Of a stretch of 64,000 nucleotides of DNA, positions 30,622 to 39,917 are shown in pieces; within the stretch, counting starts at the first letter, position 1, and each line of letters opens with the position of its first letter. The notes under the pieces were generated by a model that saw nothing but the letters and a program-made list of their open reading frames with translations, was not told the DNA's origin and did not search any database. Source of the stretch: a virus; the IMG/VR virus record IMGVR_UViG_3300028829_004116, positions 28,256-92,255 of that record; one strand, 5' to 3'. The position numbers and the translations under genes are program-made.

Positions 30622-31882
30622 CCCAATCGACTCTATTTTTTATTTTGTATCTTTCATATCCTCTTAGGGTTGAAACTTGGGAAAAGGTATGAACATCGTT
30701 TAACAATGCCATAGACCTTGCCGCAAATTGGTCTCCAATTGAAATACCTGTATGTGCTTGGTCGATACATATTGGTCCGAAAAGATAGTATTTTTTACCG
30801 GATTTTTTATCTGACCACAGTTGGTCTGCCCTAACATTAGGTAGTCCAGTATCACTATTCGCCTCATACACAGGTGTACCGTTTTGTTTTGTTATTTTAA
30901 AATTACTTATACAAAACACAGCGTATGTAGAAACATCTTGTCTTCCTGCCTTATAGCCTCTATCGACTACCAACCAATCTAAGTTCTTTCCCCTAACTGC
31001 CATGCTTTGTTTTTCAACTTTATCAATAATCATAGCCTTTTCGAAGATTTTACCCTTGAACCTTTCTGTGAGGTCTTTGAATAATTCCATGCTTCTTTTT
31101 TCGACAAGTGAAGACTTGCGATTTTGTTCCAAGAACGCATATACTACTTGTATTTCGCTTTTGGATAAGAACTCTTCACGGGATAAGTAATATAGTTCTT
31201 CGGGACTTACACCTAAGAATTTGTTTTTATTCCCTCTACATGAATTAATAAAAGACTTGATTTGAGTGTCTTTAAATTCCACCCACACGCCTTCATAAAG
31301 TTCAATTGCAGAATGTTCCTTTCCAGTTTTTTCTAAATTGAGAAGGGTGGTAATTTTATTATTATTATTATCAAAAAATGTGTATTCAATTTTGTTAACA
31401 ATTGCTGAAGAGATTTTCGGGTCTGTTTCAATAATCATATCTACGAATTTACTAAACTTTTTCTCATCTTTACTGATAGCAAGTTTCATTAAAATACCGG
31501 GAACACAAGAATTAAGGCGGGTTTTAGTTAATTTATTACCGTTCAAATAGTATTTACCTTCATAGTGTTGAAAGATAACCTTGCCATATGCACTAAAAAA
31601 TGCAAAGGTTTCTTGTCTTTTAAAGCAATTATTTAACAGTTTAACGACGGTTCTGGCAAAATAATTTATAGTTTGGTCGTTTCCTTCCCTAACCGAATGG
31701 TCGTTAACACCCCGGTTTCTATAATATCTATATCCCCGATATTCCGTATGGGTAGAAACCGTAGAAATAAAGGTCGTCAGTTGTCTTTGTCTTGCAGTAA
31801 TTGTAACACTGAAAGTTTGACCGCCCCCAGCCTTTACCCTTTTAATTAATTTTGTTACGCTTTTAATTCCTTCTTCATTCAT
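30596..31882 (-). CDS. Protein with C-terminal Cys-containing domain (GPICID...GD...ALLND), candidate E2-like
   Basis: Motif shared with late genes 45351/46033/46730; same operon as E1 and JAB; function is inference. Confidence 0.5.
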   Translation of the reverse strand: MNEEGIKSVTKLIKRVKAGGGQTFSVTITARQRQLTTFISTVSTHTEYRGYRYYRNRGVNDHSVREGNDQTINYFARTVVKLLNNCFKRQETFAFFSAYGKVIFQHYEGKYYLNGNKLTKTRLNSCVPGILMKLAISKDEKKFSKFVDMIIETDPKISSAIVNKIEYTFFDNNNNKITTLLNLEKTGKEHSAIELYEGVWVEFKDTQIKSFINSCRGNKNKFLGVSPEELYYLSREEFLSKSEIQVVYAFLEQNRKSSLVEKRSMELFKDLTERFKGKIFEKAMIIDKVEKQSMAVRGKNLDWLVVDRGYKAGRQDVSTYAVFCISNFKITKQNGTPVYEANSDTGLPNVRADQLWSDKKSGKKYYLFGPICIDQAHTGISIGDQFAARSMALLNDVHTFSQVSTLRGYERYKIKNRVDWDALSILFR

Positions 31883-32114
31883 ATTCCTCATCCGCCTGTG
31901 CAAATCTAATTTGTTCTCGCAAGTAGCCATCACATAATTCTGTTAACTTATCCTGCATTTGTTGTGCCATCCCCGGAATTGCATTTCTCATCAACCCCAA
32001 CCAAACTCGGTGATGTTGGTTAATATATAATATTGGGTGTAGGCCACCTTCATCCATAGTAATAGTCAAGGGTGGTAGTTCCATATCATCAACAATGTGA
32101 AATTCGATTCTCAT
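31875..32114 (-). CDS. Hypothetical protein
   Basis: Coupled ORF. Confidence 0.55.
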   Translation of the reverse strand: MRIEFHIVDDMELPPLTITMDEGGLHPILYINQHHRVWLGLMRNAIPGMAQQMQDKLTELCDGYLREQIRFAQADEEYE

Positions 32115-32311
32115 TGTTTATCCCCCAAGTCTTTTAGATATTCCAAGTGTGGCTTTTTCAGCGTTTGTCTACTTACCATCACATGAGGAAATTGCGTGTA
32201 AAGAACAGGCAATACCTCAAGTAATTTCTTTTCTTCTTCATATGTCTTAGTCCAAACCGAACCATTCGATTTGAAACTCGTCACTCTAAAAATTATATTT
32301 TCTTTCTCCAT
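32111..32311 (-). CDS. Hypothetical protein
   Basis: Coupled ORF. Confidence 0.55.
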   Translation of the reverse strand: MEKENIIFRVTSFKSNGSVWTKTYEEEKKLLEVLPVLYTQFPHVMVSRQTLKKPHLEYLKDLGDKQ

Positions 32312-32574
32312 ATTTTTTCATCTCCTTTACTTATACATTCATAAATTGGGTTATTTTTTAGATACATGGCTACCTCCTGTGTTGTAGGTATTATTCTTCT
32401 TATTCGCCCGCCATGTGTGGGCAAATCAATTACTGCTGATATAATTTGTTTATTGCTACGAGGTTCCCCATCCTCCATAACAGTATCAATTGGTATCAGT
32501 GCGTGTTTCTTTTTAAATTTCACAGACTCCACCTGCACAAGCAATTTCTCCCTTGAGGTCTGTATTGTCCTCAA
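32293..32574 (-). CDS. Small wHTH-like protein
   Basis: Helix pattern and terminal KIW; start uncertain. Confidence 0.4.
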   Translation of the reverse strand: MRTIQTSREKLLVQVESVKFKKKHALIPIDTVMEDGEPRSNKQIISAVIDLPTHGGRIRRIIPTTQEVAMYLKNNPIYECISKGDEKIWRKKI

Positions 32575-34390
32575 GTTCAGTTATTTGTGTGAGGTCTACC
32601 TTATTCAAGGTTCCTACGAGTTCGTTGTATTGTTCTTCTGTGATTGTTTCAAATGGTGCTTGTTTGTATGAACCACCGTCATAAGGTAGTACGGAAAGAC
32701 CGTTATAGTATTCACGGTTATTCCACATCCATTCTCCAACAAAATCCCATTCTACATCCTTTAATGAAACGGTTGCAGAAACATTGTGGGTGTTAATGCC
32801 ATCAACATGACCATTACGAACCCAAGTCTTTGAAAACAAACGGATTCTTTCAAGGAGTGAAAGTGCTGACTCTTTACGAGTTGTAGAACCTTCGGGTGCT
32901 TTTTGAGGAATACTAATTACTGCCGTATCATGTGGCGAGAAGTATTCATCTTCAACAAGTTGAGGGTGTTCATTAACAAGGTATGAGTAAATTGCCTCAT
33001 TCTTTCCAACACGAATGCGTCTAATGTAGAAGTCATCGTGCCATGCGTGGATTCCGGAAGAAGTTCCTAAAACCAAACTGGTAGTTCCAGCAGGTTTGAT
33101 ACAGGTCAACCTACTCGCAGGTTTTATTCCAATTTTTTCTGCATATATTCTATTAGTTTGCTTGATAACTTCTGTCCCATAATTCAATAAAGTTTCAGGA
33201 TTTACCCCAAGTTTTTCATAAGTATTTGAGGCAATTCCCGTCATACTTACACCTAAAAGTGCATCTTTTTCTGTTGCCTTTTTCCAACAATCTCGCAAAT
33301 AATGGAAGTCAGAATAACCAGCCTGAAGAGTTCCTAATAATGCCGCTGCTTCGCATCGCCCATAGAAATCTAATTCCGAATCTACCGATGAAGCGTTAAT
33401 TTCTGTAAGATTACAGAACTGATATGGTCTCAAAGCAATCTCGCAACACGGGTTTGTTCCCCAATCTTTGTCATTACTAAAGTAAATACCCGGTTCTCCT
33501 GCTCCAGATTCCTGAATTCGTTTCCACAGTCCCAAAAAGAACGGTTTTGTTACACGATTTCTAATTAAAACTGCTGAATTATTTGCTCTCCCACGCTGAG
33601 GATTTTGTTCCCACCATGTTCCACTTTTACATGAAATCATATCTTTATCGTCAGCACTAAATAATGAAATTAATGCGGCTCTACGAATACCACCTGCAAG
33701 AACTGAGTCTGCAATATGACACATCATGTCGTGAACTTCGATAGGTTTTAGTGAATAACCATCAGGTTTTCCTAATAAAAGATTCTCAATCTTAACTAAA
33801 CATTCCCGCAAAGGTGCAGGGCCGGGAGCCTTTCCACCACTTGTGACTAATAGAGAACCCTTGACTCTAATATCCGAGTAATCAAATACGGGTGTGCTTA
33901 GATTTTGTCCCATGTAAGCCTTTAGTAGAATCTTAACTGCGTCTGCCCACCCTTCGATAGAGTCGCTAACTAAATATCGTCGCTTCTTATCAGGACTTGG
34001 TTTACGGATTAAAGGCAATCTTTCAACATGGTGTCTTTGGACAGAATATCCAACTCCAGTTCCACCAAGAAGTAGAAACATTGCTTCGGAAAAACATTCC
34101 AAAGAATCAACAGGCATATATGCACAATTATAGATTCGATTCGGTGAAATTTCAATTGACTTTCCACCAAATTGTAGGCTACGCATTGAAGGCAAAACTT
34201 TCTTCTTCAACACATAATTTTCATACAACTTTCGTATATCTCCCTCAAGTTGAGGGTAATGTTGAATGTGCATATTCATGTTTCGTTCACACAGTTCATC
34301 CCATGTTTCTCTTCGTAATTTGTCCTTTTGATACTTGGCATACTTCATATGTACGGTAATATCGCTCAAAATGTCTGTTTCTTTGTTCAT
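32513..34390 (-). CDS. nrdJ: Class II (adenosylcobalamin-dependent) ribonucleotide reductase
   Basis: PSMR, NCAY, GTGVG, NPCCEI, CNLTE, KPAGT; C-terminal CAGGVCEI. Confidence 0.93.
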   Translation of the reverse strand: MNKETDILSDITVHMKYAKYQKDKLRRETWDELCERNMNMHIQHYPQLEGDIRKLYENYVLKKKVLPSMRSLQFGGKSIEISPNRIYNCAYMPVDSLECFSEAMFLLLGGTGVGYSVQRHHVERLPLIRKPSPDKKRRYLVSDSIEGWADAVKILLKAYMGQNLSTPVFDYSDIRVKGSLLVTSGGKAPGPAPLRECLVKIENLLLGKPDGYSLKPIEVHDMMCHIADSVLAGGIRRAALISLFSADDKDMISCKSGTWWEQNPQRGRANNSAVLIRNRVTKPFFLGLWKRIQESGAGEPGIYFSNDKDWGTNPCCEIALRPYQFCNLTEINASSVDSELDFYGRCEAAALLGTLQAGYSDFHYLRDCWKKATEKDALLGVSMTGIASNTYEKLGVNPETLLNYGTEVIKQTNRIYAEKIGIKPASRLTCIKPAGTTSLVLGTSSGIHAWHDDFYIRRIRVGKNEAIYSYLVNEHPQLVEDEYFSPHDTAVISIPQKAPEGSTTRKESALSLLERIRLFSKTWVRNGHVDGINTHNVSATVSLKDVEWDFVGEWMWNNREYYNGLSVLPYDGGSYKQAPFETITEEQYNELVGTLNKVDLTQITELEDNTDLKGEIACAGGVCEI

Positions 34391-34704
34391 GCTTTTTCAC
34401 TCCTTTCTTCTACTTTATCAACCTTTACTTGCCAGATTTTGACAACTCTTTTTACCCCCAAACCACTGTTCGTTGATTCTTCTCCAACGGCTTCAAAGGG
34501 ACCCTTAGATAATACATTTACGAGTGCGTTAATCTGCAATCCGTGTTTAGTATTATCGTTTAACCAGTAGTAAATATCGAGAGTATTTGCTTGACCTCCG
34601 GCCATAGATAAATACTCAGTAATCCACTGAATAAACTTTTTATGTTTGTTATTACCAACAGCGGGTGCTGGTCTTTCATGTAATTTTATTCTTCTATTAT
34701 TCAT
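34387..34704 (-). CDS. wHTH-like protein, paralogous to 36758-37009
   Basis: GAGGTGA RBS before ATG at 34704; the longer ORF call overlaps tRNA-Leu. Confidence 0.55.
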   Translation of the reverse strand: MNNRRIKLHERPAPAVGNNKHKKFIQWITEYLSMAGGQANTLDIYYWLNDNTKHGLQINALVNVLSKGPFEAVGEESTNSGLGVKRVVKIWQVKVDKVEERSEKA

Positions 34705-34725
34705 TTTAATCACCTCAATAATAAG

Positions 34726-34809
34726 TGGCGGGGGTGGGATTCGAACCCACGAAGCAATACGCACCGGAATTTAAGCCCGGCCCCTTTGACCGTACTTGGG
34801 AACCCCGCC
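34726..34809 (-). tRNA. tRNA-Leu(UAA)
   Basis: Cloverleaf: acceptor GGCGGGG/CCCCGCC, anticodon loop CTTAAAT, long variable arm, GTTCGAATC. Confidence 0.93.
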
Positions 34810-34821
34810 CTTATTATTTAT

Positions 34822-35130
34822 TTATTCTTCACCCTCTTCAACTTTAGGGTGACAGTTACATTCGCAAGAATCTTCACAAACTCTTACAGGTGCTTTACCA
34901 ACAGCAAGGCGGTAGCATCCAAAATCCATTCGTTGAAACTTTTTACAGCCTCCACCATTTTCACATTGATAACGGAAAACAGGGGCATCTGGCTTTGAGC
35001 AAGCACAAAGTTGTCGCTCGCAATCTGCCCACGGTTTTTTTAATTCTAATCTCGTACCATTAACTGTCAGCACATTCTTCTTGTCTTTACTTACAAATCT
35101 TTCATAATTCATCATATTATATTCCTCCAT
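34822..35130 (-). CDS. Cys-rich hypothetical protein
   Basis: Many Cys in 102 aa; coupled ORF. Confidence 0.55.
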   Translation of the reverse strand: MEEYNMMNYERFVSKDKKNVLTVNGTRLELKKPWADCERQLCACSKPDAPVFRYQCENGGGCKKFQRMDFGCYRLAVGKAPVRVCEDSCECNCHPKVEEGEE

Positions 35131-35294
35131 ATTATTTGGTTATCCTTTTTAATGGCGATAACTTTCCATTCTGTTGCATAAATTTGGTTGGTATTATTAT
35201 CAACCTGCAAGTTACAACACTTACATATTCTATATCCCCGTAGGGTTTCTTTCAGTATTAATACTGTATCGCAGTTAAAACATTTTATCATCAT
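35112..35294 (-). CDS. Small Zn-ribbon protein
   Basis: CFNC...CKCC; GAGG RBS. Confidence 0.55.
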   Translation of the reverse strand: MMIKCFNCDTVLILKETLRGYRICKCCNLQVDNNTNQIYATEWKVIAIKKDNQIIWRNII

Positions 35295-35313
35295 TTTAAT
35301 TACCTCGAATAGG

Positions 35314-35388
35314 TGGACAATACCGGATTTGAACCGGTGGTCGCTCGGTTATGAGCCGAGTGCATTAACCATACTATGCTAATTGTCC
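35314..35388 (-). tRNA. tRNA with CAU anticodon (elongator Met or Ile2)
   Basis: GGACAAT/ATTGTCC acceptor, CTCGG-CTCATAA-CCGAG anticodon arm, GGTTCAAATCC. Confidence 0.9.
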
Positions 35389-35390
35389 AT

Positions 35391-35465
35391 TGGCGGGCAT
35401 ATCAGGAATCGAACCCGAATCTTCGGCTTAGAAGGCCAAAATGCTATCCATTACACCATATGCCC
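35391..35465 (-). tRNA. tRNA-Arg(UCU) with encoded CCA
   Basis: GGGCATA/TATGCCC acceptor, anticodon loop CTTCTAA, GGTTCGATTCC, 3' GCCA. Confidence 0.93.
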
Positions 35466-35472
35466 AATTGAT

Positions 35473-35856
35473 TCATTCTTCTTCCCATTTCCTCCAACTA
35501 TCATCGGGTTCAACAGGGGTATCTACTCTTTTTAGAATACCATATTCCTCACCTTTTGCAAGAAACCATTTTATTTCTTTAGGAGAATATTTTTCTTTAT
35601 TATCCATAACTTCAGGTAGCATATCCATATATATTTCTACTTCAGCACTTTCAAAGGATGGGTAGGTTAACATGGTCTTGAAACCAGCAATTGAACCTTC
35701 CCTCTTCTCTACCTTCTGTATTTTGCTCATCATAATGTGTGATTTACGAAATGTTAGTATTGCTTTCGGCAAATCAATTATCATTCTCAGCGACCAGTGC
35801 ATCGAATTCCTCCTTTCTTTTGTTGTAGACCGCTTTGAGAAGATGTTTATTTTCAA
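35473..35856 (-). CDS. Hypothetical protein
   Basis: ORF in operon; start uncertain. Confidence 0.5.
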   Translation of the reverse strand: MKINIFSKRSTTKERRNSMHWSLRMIIDLPKAILTFRKSHIMMSKIQKVEKREGSIAGFKTMLTYPSFESAEVEIYMDMLPEVMDNKEKYSPKEIKWFLAKGEEYGILKRVDTPVEPDDSWRKWEEE

Positions 35857-36136
35857 AGGACTTCATTGTTCTGCGAAACTGCCTTAGAGTATTAAGATTA
35901 AATTCATTCCAATCAGATATAATTACTTGCATTATTTCTTTTGAATTAACATAGACATAACTATTATGGTTAGGTAAAGTTATGGACAGACACTTTTGTA
36001 TGTGTTTTCTAGTTTGCTGGGTATAATCATAGATATACGGCCAATTAGAGTTACGGTCTTCAGTTTCATTTTCTCTTTCAATTTCTTCAATAATTTGAGG
36101 CCAGTATTTAGCCTTCCACGATTTTTTTACAGTCAT
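35774..36136 (-). CDS. Hypothetical protein
   Basis: GAGG RBS. Confidence 0.55.
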   Translation of the reverse strand: MTVKKSWKAKYWPQIIEEIERENETEDRNSNWPYIYDYTQQTRKHIQKCLSITLPNHNSYVYVNSKEIMQVIISDWNEFNLNTLRQFRRTMKSFENKHLLKAVYNKRKEEFDALVAENDN

Positions 36137-36150
36137 AGTAATTCCTCAAT

Positions 36151-36256
36151 AAAAAAAGCGGGTTTTTTAGCAGACCCGAAACTGCACTTGTTATGCCCAC
36201 AAGTTGGGCTACTCACTATACCTGCGAGATAAGGTTGGCAACAGAGAATTACCTAT
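36151..36256 (-). ncRNA. Structured 3' element (two hairpins, H-type pseudoknot, U-tract) downstream of the Ubl gene
   Basis: CTCGC/GTGAG and GCCCA/TGGGC hairpins; GCAG-TTT-CGGGT-CTGC-TAAAAA-ACCCG-C-T7. Confidence 0.45.
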
Positions 36257-36463
36257 TCAATAGCAACCTCCAACAATTGCTTGAGTTAGCACTACATCTG
36301 TAATGTCTTCTGCGTTCATGTTTGCTATTTCGTCATGCGAAACCAATTCACCGTTAATGTAAGCCCAGTGTGTCGGGTGGTCCAAAATCTGCTGAATTGC
36401 TTCGTCTGCCGATAAGTCTAATTCTGTGTGTCCTGTCTGATTTAAAATTGTTACCTTTACCAT
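36257..36463 (-). CDS. Ubiquitin-like beta-grasp protein (ThiS/MoaD/SAMP type) ending GG-CY
   Basis: 68 aa; AYINGELV...DVVLTQAIVGG pattern; GGAGG RBS. Confidence 0.8.
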   Translation of the reverse strand: MVKVTILNQTGHTELDLSADEAIQQILDHPTHWAYINGELVSHDEIANMNAEDITDVVLTQAIVGGCY

Positions 36464-36465
36464 AT

Positions 36466-36765
36466 TTATTCCTCCAATGTTCCATTTTCTGTTACCTTTT
36501 TGCCGTCTTTTATCATCTCGCTGACGGCCTTACGAGTTTTTCTCTTTGTACTTTCAATTCTTGCGTCGGAAATGATACCGATTGCATGGAGTGAATTAAT
36601 CATCCCCATGTAGGTAGCCATAGCCGTTTCCAATTGCGCCTGTTGTTCTTCATCGAGCCAAAGACCACCCGTTGCTTTCTTCAACATCTTTTCAATTTCT
36701 TCCTGTCCTATCAGGCCCATGTTCATTAGTCCTTCAAGTTGCTTCATATATCCTTCTTCATTCAT
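36466..36765 (-). CDS. Hypothetical protein
   Basis: ORF in operon. Confidence 0.55.
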   Translation of the reverse strand: MNEEGYMKQLEGLMNMGLIGQEEIEKMLKKATGGLWLDEEQQAQLETAMATYMGMINSLHAIGIISDARIESTKRKTRKAVSEMIKDGKKVTENGTLEE

Positions 36766-37009
36766 TATTATCTCTCCTTATGTCCCATAGGTTAACGGAG
36801 TATTTGACTCCAGTTTCTCCTGTGAGTGTTACCTTATCAATCTTGCGAATCATAGAATCGCACTTCATAATCATACCTAAACTTCTAGCAGTTGCACCGC
36901 CAAGTCCAGTCGTTTTTTTCTCAATATAATTGAGAACTTCTTGTGTAGTTGCTGGACCATTTTCCCTCAAAAATTCTCTACACCAGTTTCTTTTTCTTAT
37001 TTGGGCCAT
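36758..37009 (-). CDS. wHTH-like DNA-binding protein
   Basis: FLRENGPATTQEV...; similar to 34387-34704 (GVK..V.[LI]W). Confidence 0.55.
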   Translation of the reverse strand: MAQIRKRNWCREFLRENGPATTQEVLNYIEKKTTGLGGATARSLGMIMKCDSMIRKIDKVTLTGETGVKYSVNLWDIRRDNNE

Positions 37010-37135
37010 TTTATCCCCTCATTGAGTGAACTCTTTTGTTCTGTAATGTTGCACATTCTTCGTGATAGCCCAGTTTAATTTCATCTGGGTGTAATAGAGA
37101 CCCACCACATATTACGCAGTTTGTATGAATTCCAT

Positions 37136-37405
37136 TCATTCTTCATCACCCCAAACATAGTCATCAAAGTCCATCATTGCTGAATCATTGTGAAGAACTT
37201 GCTTGTAAGCCCATTTAGTCGCCCTTGTTAACTGTTCACTCAACCTCTTGATGTATGCTTCTTTTTCCTTTACTTGTCTTTTTAAAACAACAACAGGGTT
37301 ATCTTCACTACCTGCCCAACCGCAACGGTAACAAACATAGTAGTCTTCATCAACTTGTTCAGCCATTCTTCCACAGCCTTCTCCTTGACATTGTATTTCT
37401 TTCAT
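37136..37405 (-). CDS. Zn-ribbon plus coiled-coil protein
   Basis: CQGEGC...CYRC. Confidence 0.55.
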   Translation of the reverse strand: MKEIQCQGEGCGRMAEQVDEDYYVCYRCGWAGSEDNPVVVLKRQVKEKEAYIKRLSEQLTRATKWAYKQVLHNDSAMMDFDDYVWGDEE

Positions 37406-37635
37406 TCTTCATCTCTCCTTAGTGTGTGGTCGGCATAGTAGCCTTCACGGTATATCTCTTTTGCCAAGCCCGAAAAACAAGCCTTGCAGAAGTGTGTAGC
37501 AAGGCTACCACCTCCGGTCCAATCGTATATTATCTGACCTTTTAATGAGTGGACTTCGAGTATATTAAGTCTACCTTCGGTAAGAATTACCTCCGCAGGT
37601 GAATCACATATATGACACTTTGATAGTTCAGTCAT
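37402..37635 (-). CDS. Small Zn-finger protein
   Basis: CHIC...CKAC. Confidence 0.55.
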   Translation of the reverse strand: MTELSKCHICDSPAEVILTEGRLNILEVHSLKGQIIYDWTGGGSLATHFCKACFSGLAKEIYREGYYADHTLRRDEE

Positions 37636-37970
37636 TCTTCTTCACCTACCATTTCCACTAATGCTTCTATACCAAATGCCCCAACCATTAGGTCAAGGTG
37701 ATGATTAGTTTCTTCAAACAATGCAGTAAGCCGCTTGACTTCCTCGCACTTCTCTTTGTAAGCGTCAAAAATAAGTGGTGCGTCTGCTATCAAGTTTGCA
37801 TCAGCATCGGAAAACCCAACGAGAGTATGTCTTCCATCATGCTGTTGAGCATAAGCGATGAATCTAAATGAAGGTGATTCCCCATTCATAACAAAGTTAT
37901 CCCCAACTATTCTCCAACCGACTTCATTATCACCTTTCGTATGTCCTTCGTACTTGTCTGTGTTAATCAT
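37632..37970 (-). CDS. Phage early protein with ADANLIADAP motif
   Basis: GHT..W...DA.LIA.AP motif common in small phage proteins. Confidence 0.55.
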   Translation of the reverse strand: MINTDKYEGHTKGDNEVGWRIVGDNFVMNGESPSFRFIAYAQQHDGRHTLVGFSDADANLIADAPLIFDAYKEKCEEVKRLTALFEETNHHLDLMVGAFGIEALVEMVGEEE

Positions 37971-38085
37971 TCTTCCTCATCCCCTGACCCTTGCATCTTT
38001 TCTTCGATTTTTATCATTTTGAACAAAAGTTCAGCGAAAAACATGATAATAATTATGAGAATTCCGGAGTAAATCATCTTAATAA

Positions 38086-38514
38086 TCATCCGAAAATCAC
38101 CTTGCTAAATAGAGCATATTGTAGAAAAACATCTGCTGTAATTGCGTCCCAGTTTTCGGTAATAAAATCGTTGTAATGTCTAGGACTTTCCTCGTGCATT
38201 AATTTTAGACCTTCGAACAATTTATCAATTGTTAGGTAAAACTTGCCTTCCGGGGTGTCTATTTCTAATTCATGTCCTTTGTAACCCGATGTTCCATCCA
38301 AAACAAAAGGAACTTGGTGATACCACCGCCAACTTGTAATAGTATGTGAGAAATCGTTAGCAAAAAGACTGTGAAGTTTTCTTGTTTCCACACTGACATT
38401 TATAGTGCCGAACCAATAATTACTTCCACCTTCAAAGGCTGTCACCATTAGGTCCCAAAGTTCTTCTTCTTCAAATTTTCTACCATCTACTTCTACAGTT
38501 CTTCTATTTCTCAA
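38086..38514 (-). CDS. Conserved phage hypothetical protein
   Basis: EGG..YW...DA..AD...Q.ALF..VIFG motif. Confidence 0.6.
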   Translation of the reverse strand: MRNRRTVEVDGRKFEEEELWDLMVTAFEGGSNYWFGTINVSVETRKLHSLFANDFSHTITSWRWYHQVPFVLDGTSGYKGHELEIDTPEGKFYLTIDKLFEGLKLMHEESPRHYNDFITENWDAITADVFLQYALFSKVIFG

Positions 38515-38749
38515 GTCTATTCCCCCACCAAGTAATGTCTACTTTATTACACATTTCGTGCGTTATTTCAATGTCTTCTACCGTCAAATCGTTTGATGTA
38601 TCAAGTGCCGCCTTAATCAAAACCTTTACAGCAATATCATATGCTTCATCCATGTTAACATCAAGCATCAAAGCAATCTTCATTGAATCCTGCTTTGATA
38701 TTTTATTTTCCAAAAAGTCTTTCAAATAATCTTTCATTTCTTCGCTCAT
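38504..38749 (-). CDS. Hypothetical protein
   Basis: GGTGA RBS. Confidence 0.55.
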   Translation of the reverse strand: MSEEMKDYLKDFLENKISKQDSMKIALMLDVNMDEAYDIAVKVLIKAALDTSNDLTVEDIEITHEMCNKVDITWWGNRLEK

Positions 38750-38864
38750 TCGTCACCACCACACTTACATTTTTCTTGTAATGCTCGCCATGCGTCTACA
38801 TAGTTCACATTACTACTATCTTCATACCAAGTGTCTACGCCGCATTTGCATGTTATTTCTCTTC

Positions 38865-39179
38865 TCATTCTTCTTCACCTTCGCATGTTTTACAATGTAT
38901 TTTTGCTTCAAATTCTGGCCTATGAACCATAGGTCTTCGGCATTTGATAGCCGTCTTCATTCCTGCCAGTTGAAAAGCCTCATCGGTTTCCATGTGAACT
39001 TCTCTATGGTAGTCGCCCATTCTATTCCATAGTTCCATACGGCATATCATTTCACCGTCTACTTCTGCATAGAATACACAGTTACGGTATCGAATGTAAA
39101 ATTCCTTACCGCCCATTAGTTTCCCTTCAATTTGTGTCGGGGCCACTCCACTTGTTATTTTATAATTTTTAATTATCAT
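38865..39179 (-). CDS. Hypothetical protein
   Basis: PTQIEG...G..FYIRYR motif; GGTGA RBS. Confidence 0.55.
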   Translation of the reverse strand: MIIKNYKITSGVAPTQIEGKLMGGKEFYIRYRNCVFYAEVDGEMICRMELWNRMGDYHREVHMETDEAFQLAGMKTAIKCRRPMVHRPEFEAKIHCKTCEGEEE

Positions 39180-39315
39180 TTTCGTTCACCTACTGTTATT
39201 TTAAAACTTTCACTACAACCGATACATCTAAATTTCCACACATTAGGTGCTCTTTCGTAATTTATAAACGCCATTCGCCATCCAGTTTCACAGTTATTTT
39301 TACATTTTATATTTT

Positions 39316-39801
39316 TTATTTTAGCCATTCTGGTCTTCCTCCTTTTCTATACTTTGCGAAATGTTTTTTCTCTGCAATGTAATAGTTACGATACGCTTGT
39401 ATTGTATCGTCACATTTGTACTTCTCAGGCATACACTGTGGAGGTTCTCTCCAACCTGTGCCTAAATCTTCGGGTGGTTTATCCAACACACCTATGAATC
39501 TCGAACTGCCGTGTATCTTTCCATAACGGCGAGTGTATTCTTTGCACATCTCGACATATAGTTCATAATGCCATAGATATTGCTCATTTGTCTCCCTTGT
39601 CCAAATGGTTGAGGGATGACCTACATGAGCAGGTTTGAACAACTTTGCACAATTTAGTCTCTCAACCTTTTCTAAAGTGTTTGCTTTACACCAATGAGCG
39701 GCGCATAACATTTGAGCCGATTCGGTTATCATTTTCACTACATGTTTGTCGCATAATTCTTGTGCAGAAATCTGCGGGTTTCCTAAATAAAATATGTTCA
39801 T
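39316..39801 (-). CDS. Pyrimidine-dimer DNA glycosylase (DenV)-like protein
   Basis: MNIFYL...CDKHVVKM..ESAQML, HP.T.W, EYT.RYGKIH, AYRNYY family motifs. Confidence 0.7.
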   Translation of the reverse strand: MNIFYLGNPQISAQELCDKHVVKMITESAQMLCAAHWCKANTLEKVERLNCAKLFKPAHVGHPSTIWTRETNEQYLWHYELYVEMCKEYTRRYGKIHGSSRFIGVLDKPPEDLGTGWREPPQCMPEKYKCDDTIQAYRNYYIAEKKHFAKYRKGGRPEWLK

Positions 39802-39917
39802 TTTTGTTCACCTTTTTATTTTTTTTTATTTTGTTTTTTCCTCGATGCTTGTCTTGTTAGGGAAACTTACATTTCCCTGATGAAAAGTTAGATTGTGTTA
39901 GATATGGGTCATATTGA

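Noticed and set aside
34705-34764. N-terminal extension of ORF 34387-34764 and ORFs overlapping the tRNAs (34786-34998, 35188-35382, 35441-35665)
   Set aside because: These are translations of tRNA sequence or antisense shadows.
18984-39179. Many small minus-strand proteins ending GEEE/DEE as a possible C-terminal tag
   Set aside because: Explained by the next gene's GGTGA/GAGG RBS plus ATGA overlap (GGTGAAGAAGAATGA).
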